A stretch of DNA of 64,000 bases from an uncultured virus (IMG/VR IMGVR_UViG_3300021400_000318) (taxonomy: Duplodnaviria; Heunggongvirae; Uroviricota; Caudoviricetes), in the IMG/VR virus record IMGVR_UViG_3300021400_000318; one strand, given 5' to 3'. The translations under genes were made by a program, and so were the position numbers. Each line of letters begins with the position of its first letter. Position 1 is the stretch's first letter. Positions 18,347 to 28,165 of the stretch are shown in pieces. The notes under the pieces were generated by a model. It searched no databases. It was given only the letters and a program-made list of their open reading frames with translations, and was not told the origin of the DNA.

Positions 18347-18859
18347 ATGCCAAACCAAGTAACAGGATTTATCCTACAGATTGGCCATACCGTTTCCGTA
18401 CCCACCCGGAACGGTCAGCCATTCCAGAAACGAGAACTGATTCTGGATGCGTCAAACTATGACCGTTTCACTGGTCGTAAGATTGAGAACTATCCTTCCA
18501 TGGAGTTCACACAGAACAACTGTGCCAAGTTAGACAACTTCAAGGTCGGTGACCTCGTTACAGTATCTTTCGTGCTCTCTGGAGTAAAGTCAGAGAAAGA
18601 CGGACAGGTTAACTACTTTACGCACGTCAAAGGCTATGACATCGTGCCGTTCCAGAGACAGAACGTAAATCAAGGCGCACAAGGAGGCCAAGCCTCTGCA
18701 CCCTCACAACAGCCCGCCCAAGGACAACAAATGTCTCAGCAAGGCCAAAATACGGCTCAAACGGCTGCATCTGGAGCACCTGCACAACAGCCCTTCCCAC
18801 CTGCTGTTGACGAGAACGGAAACCCGATTAACGGAAACGCAGACGATTTACCATTCTAA
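18347..18859 (+). CDS. ssb: single-stranded DNA-binding protein (DUF3127-like)
   Basis: OB-like N-terminus, Q-rich linker, acidic DDLPF tail. Confidence 0.8.
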   Translation: MPNQVTGFILQIGHTVSVPTRNGQPFQKRELILDASNYDRFTGRKIENYPSMEFTQNNCAKLDNFKVGDLVTVSFVLSGVKSEKDGQVNYFTHVKGYDIVPFQRQNVNQGAQGGQASAPSQQPAQGQQMSQQGQNTAQTAASGAPAQQPFPPAVDENGNPINGNADDLPF

Positions 18860-18862
18860 GGT

Positions 18863-19303
18863 ATGGCACTCTACAACTTGAAGAATCCGTATGACCGCCA
18901 GAGGTTCAAGGAGAAGTGTAATGCACTTGTCTTGAAGCAGGAGTATGTGGAACTGAAAACGAAGCATACCAACAGGACGTTGGCGCAGAACAGTTACCTG
19001 CACCTCATCCTCGGCTACTTTGCCAGTGAGTTCGGCTATACTCTGGATGAGGTCAAGATTGACTTCTACAAGAGAAAGTGTAATGCGGACATCTACGTTG
19101 TGGAGAGAGTGAATAAGAGAGGCCGCACGGTGAAAACCCTTCGCAGTTCTTCGGACCTTGACAAACTGGAAATGACACGAAGTATCGAGCGTTTCCGAAA
19201 CTGGTCCTCGGCTGAGTGCGGCCTTTATATTCCATCTGCCAATGAGGGAGAAGCGTTATTCTATGCTCAACAGCAAGTAGAGCAGTATCAGAATTATATG
19301 TAA
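18863..19303 (+). CDS. NinB-like recombination protein
   Basis: RTLAQNSYLH...RSSSDLDKLEM..SIE. Confidence 0.65.
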   Translation: MALYNLKNPYDRQRFKEKCNALVLKQEYVELKTKHTNRTLAQNSYLHLILGYFASEFGYTLDEVKIDFYKRKCNADIYVVERVNKRGRTVKTLRSSSDLDKLEMTRSIERFRNWSSAECGLYIPSANEGEALFYAQQQVEQYQNYM

Positions 19304-19316
19304 CCAAATTGAAATT

Positions 19317-19685
19317 ATGTCAAAAGTAATTGTAGAATTATCAGAGTATAATGACCTCAGAGACAGATATAAGACAAAGTGCGAAGAGGTAAAGAAACTC
19401 AAGGAAGACCTTCATCAACTCAAAGAAGAGGGCAAGGTTGCCGTCATGGTGCAGTCACCTTTAGGCAGACTGTTCGGTTCGGAGCCAACTATCATTGAGA
19501 TTGTCGGTATGGATGAGGTACGTTCCAAGATTGAGCAGAAAATCATTGATGATGAGGCTGCAAAGGTCAACTCCAAACTCATCAAGGAACTTGCTGAAGC
19601 CAAGGCCAAGTTATCGGATAGCAAGGACTATATTAAGTATCTTCAGAACCGCAGTCTGTGGCAGAGAATAAGAAACATTTTTTAA
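19317..19685 (+). CDS. hypothetical coiled-coil protein
   Basis: 122-aa ORF ending RSLWQRI. Confidence 0.5.
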   Translation: MSKVIVELSEYNDLRDRYKTKCEEVKKLKEDLHQLKEEGKVAVMVQSPLGRLFGSEPTIIEIVGMDEVRSKIEQKIIDDEAAKVNSKLIKELAEAKAKLSDSKDYIKYLQNRSLWQRIRNIF

Positions 19686-19705
19686 ACCATCAAAGTAATA
19701 AAGTT

Positions 19706-20416
19706 ATGTTAGCAAATCTGTTAGATTATCGCCCCGAAAAGATTGAGTTTGTCTTGACCGAGGCACAGCGTGAAATGTACAAAGACGTTCTGACCATCTG
19801 TAACGGTGCAAAGAATGCCGATGATGCCATCAAGGTTTTCAACGAGAAGTTCAACTGCCTGTTCCCAGAAGGCGAACTGGCCACCAGGAAGTACGATGCT
19901 CATGAAATCGGTGAGATTCGTGAAGAGTACTGTCTGAAGCAGGAGAACGAGGCTCCCATGCGCAAGGATGAGTTAGAGACTACTCTGGAACGCATTAAGG
20001 CCATGAAGAAGAAGGCCGAGGATGCCTACAACTCCGTCCTGTTGGAGATTGCCGATCTCGCTGCAAGGGTGAAGAAAGGCACTACCGACTTTTCCCTTCC
20101 TGCAACCCAGACCGTCCGTATCGCTCTGAACGGAAACTTCTGTTTCTTCTCATGGGTGGACGGCCGGATGCAGTTGGTCAAGGTAGAGGAAATCCCAGAA
20201 TGGGACAGAAACTCTCTCTGGAGCCAAGAGGATTGGAACCGCAAGGCCATGAAGGAGGTGTTCGGTATCGAGTTCCCAGAAATCAAGAAGCCTGCCAGTG
20301 CAGACGATGATGATGCCGATAAGGGCGATGATGACCTTCCGTTCCCTTCAGAGGAAGAGGTGGCAGCTGAACAGCAGGCCGCTGAGAAGAAGGGCAAAGG
20401 CAAGAAGAGTAAGTAA
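19706..20416 (+). CDS. hypothetical protein with internal DDDLPF motif
   Basis: Long ORF with acidic tail. Confidence 0.55.
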   Translation: MLANLLDYRPEKIEFVLTEAQREMYKDVLTICNGAKNADDAIKVFNEKFNCLFPEGELATRKYDAHEIGEIREEYCLKQENEAPMRKDELETTLERIKAMKKKAEDAYNSVLLEIADLAARVKKGTTDFSLPATQTVRIALNGNFCFFSWVDGRMQLVKVEEIPEWDRNSLWSQEDWNRKAMKEVFGIEFPEIKKPASADDDDADKGDDDLPFPSEEEVAAEQQAAEKKGKGKKSK

Positions 20417-20470
20417 TCAAGTTCGGTGAGGTGTGGTTTTCCATGCCTCACCTTTCCCACATCAAGAGCA

Positions 20471-21649
20471 ATGAAATATCAGTTAAGAGAATACCAAAGG
20501 GATGCAAGTATAGCGGCTGTCAAGTGCTTCAAGTCCAAGGGCAAAAGGAACGGCTTGCTCGTTCTGCCTACAGGAGCAGGAAAGAGCCTCGTTATAGCAG
20601 ACATCGCATCGAAACTGGATGGTCCCCTGTTGGTGTTCCAACCGTCAAAGGAGATTCTTGAACAGAACTTTGCCAAGTTGCAGAGTTACGGCTGTTGGGA
20701 TGCCGGCATCTATTCAGCGTCAGTAGGCCATAAGGACATCAACCGTATCACCTTCGCCACCATCGGAAGCGTCATGAATCACATGGAGGACTTTGCTCAC
20801 TTCAAGAACGTCATGATAGATGAGTGCCATGGAGTGAACAGCAAGGCTGGCCAGTATAAGGAGTTTCTGGAGGCAGAGGACAGGAAGGTTGTAGGACTGA
20901 CGGCAACACCATACCGCCTCTGTAGTTATATGAGCGGAAGCATGTTGAAGTTCATCACCAGAACGAAGCCACGTATTTTCGATGACGTTTTGTACTACTG
21001 CCAGATTTCAGACCTGTTGGCCAAGGGCTACCTCGCCAACCTGCATTACTATGACCTAACGACATTGAACCTCGACAGGGTACGTTCCAACTCCACAGGA
21101 GCAGACTTCGATGACGAGTCCTTGAAGGAGGAATACATCAGAAGCGGTTTCTATGACAAGTTGACCACTACCACCATCCGAGTATTGAGACCAAAGAGCG
21201 GAATACCCAGAAAGGGAGTGCTAACCTTCACCAGATTCATAGAAGAGGCCGATAGTCTTGTTGGAAAACTGAGGGCTGTAGGTATCAATGCCGATATTGT
21301 CACAGGAGAGACACCGAAGAAGGAGCGTGAATCCATCTTGGAACAGTTCAAGGCAGGAAAAATCAAGGTAGTTGCAAACGTTGGCACCCTCACAACAGGT
21401 TTCGACTATCCAGAACTTGATACTGTCATCCTTGGCCGTCCTACTAAATCCCTCGCTCTCTACTACCAGATGGTAGGCAGAGCCATCCGACCCTGCAAAG
21501 GTAAGGACGGATGGATAATAGACCTCGGAGGCTCATACAGACGATTCGGCAGTGTTGCCGACTTGAAGATAGACCTTGAAGCACCATGCTCTTCAAGATG
21601 GTGCGTGACCTCTCACGGAAAACAACTAACGAACGTATTATTCAGATGA
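20471..21649 (+). CDS. superfamily II DEAD/H helicase
   Basis: LREYQ, PTGAGKS, DECH, GLTATP, QMVGRAIR; start at the AGAGCAATG ATG. Confidence 0.92.
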   Translation: MKYQLREYQRDASIAAVKCFKSKGKRNGLLVLPTGAGKSLVIADIASKLDGPLLVFQPSKEILEQNFAKLQSYGCWDAGIYSASVGHKDINRITFATIGSVMNHMEDFAHFKNVMIDECHGVNSKAGQYKEFLEAEDRKVVGLTATPYRLCSYMSGSMLKFITRTKPRIFDDVLYYCQISDLLAKGYLANLHYYDLTTLNLDRVRSNSTGADFDDESLKEEYIRSGFYDKLTTTTIRVLRPKSGIPRKGVLTFTRFIEEADSLVGKLRAVGINADIVTGETPKKERESILEQFKAGKIKVVANVGTLTTGFDYPELDTVILGRPTKSLALYYQMVGRAIRPCKGKDGWIIDLGGSYRRFGSVADLKIDLEAPCSSRWCVTSHGKQLTNVLFR

Positions 21650-22014
21650 AGAAGAAAATATATATCAGCGGCCCTATCAGTGGCTATGACATCGAAGAGC
21701 GTAGGGAGACCTTCGCTACAGCAAAGAAGTTCCTGGAAATAGAAGGATATGAAGTTTGTAACCCATTGGAGAATGGCCTGCCATCAGATGCAGATACCCA
21801 TCAACACATGAGAGCGGACTTGAAGATGCTCGTACAGTGTGATGAGATTTTCCTTCTGAACAAGTGGAACCACAGTGCAGGATGCTTTGTAGAGTTTATG
21901 GTGGCTGTTGCCATTGGATGCAAGTTGCGTTTCTGTGACATGTTCACCTCCATCCCAGAAAGAAAGATATTCGCAGACGGTTGCCTGCAGTCATTTACAG
22001 CGTTTTTCAAATAA
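21646..22014 (+). CDS. DUF4406-like (nucleoside deoxyribosyltransferase-like) protein
   Basis: KIYISGPISG, NP, CDEI..L..W..S.GC..E. Confidence 0.75.
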   Translation: MKKKIYISGPISGYDIEERRETFATAKKFLEIEGYEVCNPLENGLPSDADTHQHMRADLKMLVQCDEIFLLNKWNHSAGCFVEFMVAVAIGCKLRFCDMFTSIPERKIFADGCLQSFTAFFK

Positions 22015-22016
22015 CT

Positions 22017-22508
22017 ATGCCATACTATATCAAGCGTTGGTCAAAGAAGGCCAAATCCGAAAGCAAAGAGGCTAAAACGAAGTCAAAAGTCAGCAAGCCT
22101 CGCAAGCCAAATCTGGTAAAGAAACTGGATCGTGTCTTTGCCCTGTATATCAGACTGCGTGACGTAATGCCTAACGGCTACGTCAGGTGTATCTCATGTG
22201 GAAACATCAAGGCGTTTGAAGATGTTGACTGCGGTCACTACCATTCCAGAACACACATGGGAACCAGATTCGATGAGCAGAATTGTAATGCTGAATGTAA
22301 GTTTTGCAACCGCTTCTCGGCTGACCATCTTGATAAGTATGCCATCAATCTGGTCAAGAAGATTGGCCAACAGAGATTTGACATGCTGAGAGTGAAGGCC
22401 AAGACCCCTAAACACTTCATGGACTTCGAACTGGAGCAGATGATTGAGCACTACACCAGAGAGGTTAAGAAGTTGAGTACGCTGAAAGGTATCAAGGTGA
22501 ATCTGTAA
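22017..22508 (+). CDS. NinG/Rap-like Holliday-junction endonuclease
   Basis: FALYIRLRD, CISCG, DCGHY.SR, RFDEQNCNAEC..CN. Confidence 0.85.
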   Translation: MPYYIKRWSKKAKSESKEAKTKSKVSKPRKPNLVKKLDRVFALYIRLRDVMPNGYVRCISCGNIKAFEDVDCGHYHSRTHMGTRFDEQNCNAECKFCNRFSADHLDKYAINLVKKIGQQRFDMLRVKAKTPKHFMDFELEQMIEHYTREVKKLSTLKGIKVNL

Positions 22509-22528
22509 ACTTCGTTAAAAATGACGTT

Positions 22529-22566
22529 AAAAGTATTTGTTATTCAAATATTATTCGTTACCTTTG
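22529..22566 (+). promoter_or_regulatory. class II promoter (ATTTG-N5-CAAAT over -33; TAnnTTTG -7)
   Basis: aaaagtatttgttattcaaat...tacctttg; near-identical at 32635, 45710, 54411. Confidence 0.7.
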
Positions 22567-22695
22567 CAAGCGTAACACCATCCGCTGAGTGGCATCAGTC
22601 TGGAAGATATAACAAGGCTCTGTCGAGTAGTATTCCTATGCCACCTCCATCATTGGAGAGGAACACGAAAGACGGGGCTTTTGATTTGAAATAAT

Positions 22696-23472
22696 ATGTC
22701 TGAAAGTTGGATAAAGATATACCGAAGATTCCTCGATTGGGAGTGGTACGGCAAATCAGAAATGGTTCATCTGTTTCTACATTTGCTTCTGAAAGCCAAT
22801 GTAGAGGACAAACGATGGCAGGGTATTGTCATCAAGCGTGGCCAACTCATTACAGGGCGTGGCAGTCTTATCGTAGAGACTGGTATATCGGAGAGAACTA
22901 TCCGCACCTGCCTCCAGAAACTACAGGAAACAGGCGAAATAATAGTAGAAGCGTCCAACCGTTTTAGTCTCATAACTATCTGCAATTATGATAGTTATCA
23001 AGAACGAGAAGCCGAAAGCGTCCAGCAAACGTCCAACCAACGTCCGGCCACTGACCAACAAACGTCCACAACTAAAGAAGATATAGATTCTTCTGTCGAA
23101 GAATCAAACAAAACAAATATAACACGCACGAAGAAAACAAAGGCAGATGTGGCAGCTGACACCAAGAAGCGTATGTCAGACTTCTACAACTCCCTCATCC
23201 CTTACGTCCAGATGTACGGAAAGCAGATGGTTCGTGAGTTCTACAACTACTGGAGTGAGACAAACAAATCTGGTAGCAGGATGCGTTGGGAAATGGAAAA
23301 GACGTGGGTTCTTGAAAAGAGGCTACAGTATTGGAGCAGAAACGAAAAATCATATAGCACTAAGAGCAATGAAAATAGTCAGTCAGATAATAGAACAAGG
23401 GAGGAAAGAGATAGAGGTGCATCGGACCTCGTTACCAGACTGCTTGCCGAAAACAAGCCAGTTGGCCAGTAA
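22696..23472 (+). CDS. replication initiator (lambda O/DnaD-like N-terminal wHTH)
   Basis: WIKIYR..LDWEWY, LLLKAN, RGQ.ITGR, ITICNYDSYQ; internal iterons. Confidence 0.85.
   Translation: MSESWIKIYRRFLDWEWYGKSEMVHLFLHLLLKANVEDKRWQGIVIKRGQLITGRGSLIVETGISERTIRTCLQKLQETGEIIVEASNRFSLITICNYDSYQEREAESVQQTSNQRPATDQQTSTTKEDIDSSVEESNKTNITRTKKTKADVAADTKKRMSDFYNSLIPYVQMYGKQMVREFYNYWSETNKSGSRMRWEMEKTWVLEKRLQYWSRNEKSYSTKSNENSQSDNRTREERDRGASDLVTRLLAENKPVGQ
23019..23130 (+). repeat. iteron array and AT-rich tract, probable origin of replication
   Basis: Five 11-bp-period units cgtccagcaaa/cgtccaaccaa/cgtccggccac/tgaccaacaaa/cgtccacaact within the initiator gene. Confidence 0.75.
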
Positions 23473-24175
23473 GTTCGGGAATCTCGTTTCCTTCATCACC
23501 GAGTTCAATCCAGACGTACAGATTCAGTTTGGAATGAACAAGGAAGTGGCGTATTTCTGTGACACCCCTACACTGGCCACCCTAAGAGCTGAGTATGGAA
23601 CCAATGCAGCAACAGTATGGCTCGTTCCACAGATAAAGGATTTGAGCGAGTACTGCGGATGCAAGGGAAAGATTACTGATAGCCAGATGGAGCAGTGTGC
23701 AGGTATTATCGCAATGACCTATCCGTTCTTGAAGGTATCTGAACTGATGCTGTTCTTTGTGAACTTCAAGGCAGGGCAGTATGGAAAGTTCTACGGTTCA
23801 GTTGACCCTCTTACGATCACAACAGCCCTGCGAGAGTTTATCAAGGAACGTGCAGCCGCCTACGAAAAGCATGAGAGAGAGGAAAGGGAACGTGCTGATG
23901 CCGAGTATAAGAAAACCGCCATCACCTATGACGAATATCTGTCAAAGAAAGGAAAAAGGATTTTAAAGGCCGCAGAGAGTTTAAAACCTGGCAAGCCTAC
24001 AACTACCCCACCCGAAGAGCGCAAACGTAACAGCGAGGACTACACGAAGTCCTGCGCGGAAAATCTGATAAACAACGCATACCACTGCAAGCCAGATGAC
24101 TTGAAGATGATGCGTGATATGTTTAAGAACAAGTATGGATGCACACCAGAAGAATATATCGAACGTAATAAGTAA
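23369..24175 (+). CDS. replication-associated protein (DUF6633-like; helicase-loader position)
   Basis: LKVSELMLFF..FKAGQYGKFYGSVDP; likely start is the in-frame AGAGCAATG ATG at 23369. Confidence 0.7.
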   Translation: MKIVSQIIEQGRKEIEVHRTSLPDCLPKTSQLASKFGNLVSFITEFNPDVQIQFGMNKEVAYFCDTPTLATLRAEYGTNAATVWLVPQIKDLSEYCGCKGKITDSQMEQCAGIIAMTYPFLKVSELMLFFVNFKAGQYGKFYGSVDPLTITTALREFIKERAAAYEKHEREERERADAEYKKTAITYDEYLSKKGKRILKAAESLKPGKPTTTPPEERKRNSEDYTKSCAENLINNAYHCKPDDLKMMRDMFKNKYGCTPEEYIERNK

Positions 24176-24327
24176 GCCTATGAAGTGTTCCAAGTGTAAG
24201 TACTATATGAATAGCAAAATGTTCGGCAGTGGATGCAACTGCCCAGGAGTAAAGCCCTGCGACATTGAGCGCAAGAGAAAGAAAAACAAGTACCACAAGA
24301 GAGATAACAAGAAAAGGAGAGAGAAGT

Positions 24328-24618
24328 ATGCCGATACGACCAGAGAATAAGAAGCGATACCCCAAGAATTGGAAGGAGATACGTGCCTCCATTCTTGAAC
24401 GTGCTCACAATCATTGTGAGTTTTGCGGACGTAAGAATCATTCCTACTTCTGGAATGAGAAAACAGGAAAGATGGTTAAGGTAGTGCTCACCATCGCACA
24501 CCTCGACCATACTCCAGAGAACTGTGACCCAGAGAATCTACGTGCTCTCTGTCAAGCCTGTCATAACAGGTATGATGCGAAGCACAGGGCTGAGACAAGA
24601 AAACAATCGAAGAAATGA
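24328..24618 (+). CDS. HNH endonuclease
   Basis: YPKNWKEIR, CEFCG, LTIAHLDH.PENC...NLRALCQACHN. Confidence 0.85.
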   Translation: MPIRPENKKRYPKNWKEIRASILERAHNHCEFCGRKNHSYFWNEKTGKMVKVVLTIAHLDHTPENCDPENLRALCQACHNRYDAKHRAETRKQSKK

Positions 24619-24768
24619 AATACAAGGCAAGTAAACAGGTTGTGCGTTTGGTCAATGAGATTATGACGCATGTAGAGAATGCAAAAGAAGAATTGGATAG
24701 GTTGAACATCGGCAACTGCCATGATGAGTTGAACCATATCCGCACTATGGATATAAAACTTGAATACG

Positions 24769-25326
24769 ATGAACAAGAAGAGATTGAATGAATTAGCCAG
24801 AAGCATCCATGAGACAGCCACCACTCACGGATGGCATGAAGAGAAGAAATCTGATGCCCACTGGCTCTGTATGGTGATGACTGAGATTGCCGAAGCTGTT
24901 GAGGCCCATCGTAAAGGCAAAAGAGCAAAGATGAACTTCTTTATCAAGTTGACTGATGTCAATGATATAACGGACGGCTATTGGAAGGTGTGCTATGACA
25001 CCTTCATCAAAGGCAGTCTGGAGGAAGAGTTTGCCGACATCGTTATCAGAATACTCGATTTCGCCAACGAAAAGTTTGGTGATAATATGGAATGGCAAGA
25101 ATGGTGCGTCAGAGACCTATCCAGTAAGACGTCGTTCACAGAGAAAGCCTTCTCCTTGCTAAGATGGATGACCTCTGACGATATAGGCATGAGTGAGATA
25201 ACGCTGTTCGTACAGTACGTGTATTCCTGGGCCAAGACCTTTGAAATAGATCTGGACTGGCACATTGATGCGAAGATGCGCTACAATGCCATGAGGCCAT
25301 ACCGGCATGGTAACAAGGCGTACTAA
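24769..25326 (+). CDS. MazG-like nucleotide pyrophosphohydrolase
   Basis: EIAEAVEA, EEEFADIVIRILD, KMRYN..RPYRHG. Confidence 0.75.
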   Translation: MNKKRLNELARSIHETATTHGWHEEKKSDAHWLCMVMTEIAEAVEAHRKGKRAKMNFFIKLTDVNDITDGYWKVCYDTFIKGSLEEEFADIVIRILDFANEKFGDNMEWQEWCVRDLSSKTSFTEKAFSLLRWMTSDDIGMSEITLFVQYVYSWAKTFEIDLDWHIDAKMRYNAMRPYRHGNKAY

Positions 25327-25391
25327 CAGTCAACACCTGTTAATGTATAAATCAGTATAGTCGCAACTTCAAAAGAAGATAAAAATGGAGC

Positions 25392-25575
25392 ATTTTGACA
25401 GCAGTTAACATTGGGAAAGTTCAGTTAAGTTAATGGAAAGTTAAATTCGTTCATAAACGAGCCACAGCAGTTCCCAATTTTGCCCCCTTTATACTTATCC
25501 ACTCACTGGAAATTATGAGCACCTTGCGAATTTCGCTCAAAACGTACAAAATGTGCAAAAAGTCAATCGTTAAAC
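25392..25575 (+). repeat. dispersed intergenic repeat A, copy 2
   Basis: cagttaagttaa...ttttgccccctttatacttatccac...caccttgcg...aaaacgtacaaaat shared with the other copies. Confidence 0.8.
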
Positions 25576-25606
25576 TTAGTCAATGTGCATGAAACTTTTC
25601 GTTTTA

Positions 25607-25641
25607 TCGTTTTGATATTCAGAAATTTTGTTTTAACTTTG
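25607..25641 (+). promoter_or_regulatory. class I (early island) promoter
   Basis: tcgttttgatattcagaaa...taactttg; TTTG-N19-TAnnTTTG; five copies. Confidence 0.8.
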
Positions 25642-25670
25642 CCAGAGCAAACTTTTAAAATATTAGAGCA

Positions 25671-25922
25671 ATGAAATCGTACAAAGTAACAAGAGAAATT
25701 CAGAAAGAGAACGTGCATCCCGCAAGTGCAGCAGATATGTATATTACCACCGAGAAGGGAACGTTGAAGGAGTTCCAGATAAATGGTGATGCACAGAAAT
25801 ACCTCGCTGACTTACGGAAGAAGGCTTTCCAAAACAGAAAGTTTGTAAAGGTAACAAACAATGGAAAGAATCAGTTCAGAGCCCACACGGCAGAAGGAGT
25901 TTATATCTATTCAGTTAAGTAA
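25671..25922 (+). CDS. hypothetical early protein
   Basis: AGAGCAATG start, first gene after a class I promoter. Confidence 0.65.
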   Translation: MKSYKVTREIQKENVHPASAADMYITTEKGTLKEFQINGDAQKYLADLRKKAFQNRKFVKVTNNGKNQFRAHTAEGVYIYSVK

Positions 25923-25936
25923 TAAAGTTAAGAGCA

Positions 25937-26173
25937 ATGAAATCGGTAAAATGTACTAACTCAGAAAGAAAGACTGTGCGGTTCTGCCTCAACGGACATG
26001 AGACAGATCAGATTATTGTTACTGCCATCCAAGATGGTGAGTACTGGTTCCAAATCGGAATGTATAAGACGCTGAAGAATGCCAAGAAGCAGGCCATCCG
26101 ACAGATGGCACTACAAGGCTACACTCTCGACCAGAAGGAACTTGATGCGTTGACAATAGAAAGTTTACTATAA
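25937..26173 (+). CDS. hypothetical early protein
   Basis: AGAGCAATG start. Confidence 0.65.
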   Translation: MKSVKCTNSERKTVRFCLNGHETDQIIVTAIQDGEYWFQIGMYKTLKNAKKQAIRQMALQGYTLDQKELDALTIESLL

Positions 26174-26185
26174 AGTATCAGAGCA

Positions 26186-26473
26186 ATGGAATTGTATGTA
26201 TTAAGAAACGATGAGTTATGTGGTGTTTGCCACTGCCCTACTTTCGAGAACAAGAATGATGCTGAACGTGAAGCCGCCTTCAAGTGCAGACGGCACAGTG
26301 TCATCGTCATTGACGAAAACCAGATGTATGAGCCTTGCAACCCGAAAAAGCTCACGCCAGATTGTATGGTGTGTGCCAGGTGTGCCACTACTGTTGAGAA
26401 GCGGAAAGCCTACGTGCAGTCGCTTGGATTTGATACAATAGATGCTTACCTAAAGGCCAGAAGGAATGATTAA
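26186..26473 (+). CDS. Cys-rich hypothetical early protein
   Basis: AGAGCAATG start. Confidence 0.6.
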   Translation: MELYVLRNDELCGVCHCPTFENKNDAEREAAFKCRRHSVIVIDENQMYEPCNPKKLTPDCMVCARCATTVEKRKAYVQSLGFDTIDAYLKARRND

Positions 26474-26852
26474 GCCAAGATTCATTTACCTGCAAAGCGA
26501 CTGCGGCCACTACGAGATAAAGGCAAGGCTCGTATCACAGCAGAATGGCTATTCCAACGACTATGGAGGCACGAAGAAGATTTACACCGGTGCAGTTTGG
26601 AACGTTGAGATTATGAAGGACAGACAGAGAGTATCAGACATCAATGGTTTCCACTATGGGAAGTATGGAGAAAAGGCTCTCTGTCAAGGTGGTGTGAAAC
26701 TGAACAAGAACACCATCCTCTTTGGAGCCTCGCTAACAGGACTGTTCACCAGAGCCTTGAAGGAGGTCGATACAGAGAAGATACGAAAGCAATGGCATAA
26801 GGAATATGCCGAAGCAAGGAAGAAAGAATATCAGTATGATTGCAGGAGTTAA
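26466..26852 (+). CDS. hypothetical protein
   Basis: 128-aa coupled ORF. Confidence 0.55.
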   Translation: MIKPRFIYLQSDCGHYEIKARLVSQQNGYSNDYGGTKKIYTGAVWNVEIMKDRQRVSDINGFHYGKYGEKALCQGGVKLNKNTILFGASLTGLFTRALKEVDTEKIRKQWHKEYAEARKKEYQYDCRS

Positions 26853-26882
26853 CCGCCCTGCGTAACTAAATTTATAAGAGCA

Positions 26883-27893
26883 ATGAAATTGTTAAAGTTG
26901 AACATTGGCGATACATTAGTATTCGACCACAGCGATTACACTGATTACGGAATCGTGTATGCAGTAAGTGAAAACGGCCAGAAAGCCCATGCAGCGTTCG
27001 TGGATGATGGCGGTGGTGAAGATTGCCTCTGGCTCATGGAAGTCCAGATTACCAAGAAAGGTATCGAGACATCAGAAGGAGGCTATGACGTTACTCTCGA
27101 CAAAGACCTGCTTGACAGAGCAAAGGAAGGAAGCGATATGGAGTTCCGCCTTGTATCACTCATGAAGGATGCAGCCTCAACTCCAGATTACGTCAGTCTG
27201 TTCCTTGATGACAACATGGACAAGGATGATGAGTTGTCTGTGTTGCATGATGTCATAGATACTTTACGTAATGGCAACGAGAAGTTCCGTGAGGTCTATG
27301 ATTTAATAGCAGATGACTGTGAGTTCAATGTTATTGTAAGTGAGAAACAAAAGGACGCTTTCGCCAAGGACTTGAAGGAACTGGTAACGAAGTATAATGC
27401 CAACTGTCCTGCACTCCGTAAGATGATGCCTGTCACTGAGCGTATCAAGACGTTCGAGGATGCCTGCATTGAAACCAATGTTGACATCAAACTTTTCAAG
27501 AACGATGCCGACGGTTGGGATGCAGACATCGTTGCGTACATGAAGTTACGCATCATAGCAGAAGCTCTCAATGAAGGTTGGAAGCCTCAGTATACGAAAG
27601 AAGAATGCCGTTGGTACCCTTGGTTTACCTTCTGGCCAGAGGAAGAGTTGAAGGAGAAATCAGAGCAATGGAAGAAAGACCATGCGTTGTGGCTCTTTGG
27701 TGGTAGCTCGATCAACGGTGCGTATTGCGGTATCGCTGCTACGTACTCGAACAACGCTGGGTCGTTCTCGAACTCGTACCTCTCGGCTCGCCTTGCTGTC
27801 AAGTCAGAGGAACTGGCAGTCTATTTTGGTAAGCAGTTTATTTCCATTTGGGCTGACTATGTACTGTTTAACCGTAAAGATTCTAAGAAATGA
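26883..27893 (+). CDS. hypothetical protein with C-terminal CLec-like (VR-like) segment
   Basis: RIKTFEDAC, AYMKLRIIAEALNEGW, FGGSS.NGAYCG...SARLA; AGAGCAATG start. Confidence 0.65.
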   Translation: MKLLKLNIGDTLVFDHSDYTDYGIVYAVSENGQKAHAAFVDDGGGEDCLWLMEVQITKKGIETSEGGYDVTLDKDLLDRAKEGSDMEFRLVSLMKDAASTPDYVSLFLDDNMDKDDELSVLHDVIDTLRNGNEKFREVYDLIADDCEFNVIVSEKQKDAFAKDLKELVTKYNANCPALRKMMPVTERIKTFEDACIETNVDIKLFKNDADGWDADIVAYMKLRIIAEALNEGWKPQYTKEECRWYPWFTFWPEEELKEKSEQWKKDHALWLFGGSSINGAYCGIAATYSNNAGSFSNSYLSARLAVKSEELAVYFGKQFISIWADYVLFNRKDSKK

Positions 27894-28165
27894 AAAGGGT
27901 GTACAAATATCCGCTCGACATTCAAGACGAAGTGATTGTCATGATGCCGAAGGGTGCAAGGGTTCTTTCCGTTCAAGTACAGAACGGAAGGCCCTGCCTT
28001 TGGGCAGCTGTTGACCCAAGCGAAACGGAATTAGAGAAACGTCTATTCCGTATTGCCGGAACAGGACACCCGATATATGACGATGTGGTTGACGGTTTCA
28101 TCGGAACAATACAGTTGTATGACGGAAAGTTAGTGTTTCATGTATTCGAAGCGAAGTATGAATAA
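27890..28165 (+). CDS. conserved phage hypothetical protein
   Basis: VYKYPL..MPKGA.VLSVQ.Q...LWA.VD..GTGH..IGT....LVFHVFE. Confidence 0.7.
   Translation: MKRVYKYPLDIQDEVIVMMPKGARVLSVQVQNGRPCLWAAVDPSETELEKRLFRIAGTGHPIYDDVVDGFIGTIQLYDGKLVFHVFEAKYE

Noticed and set aside
27690..27805. Second target of the resident DGR
   Set aside because: No alignable identity to TR 4550-4636; kept only as an orphan VR-like observation
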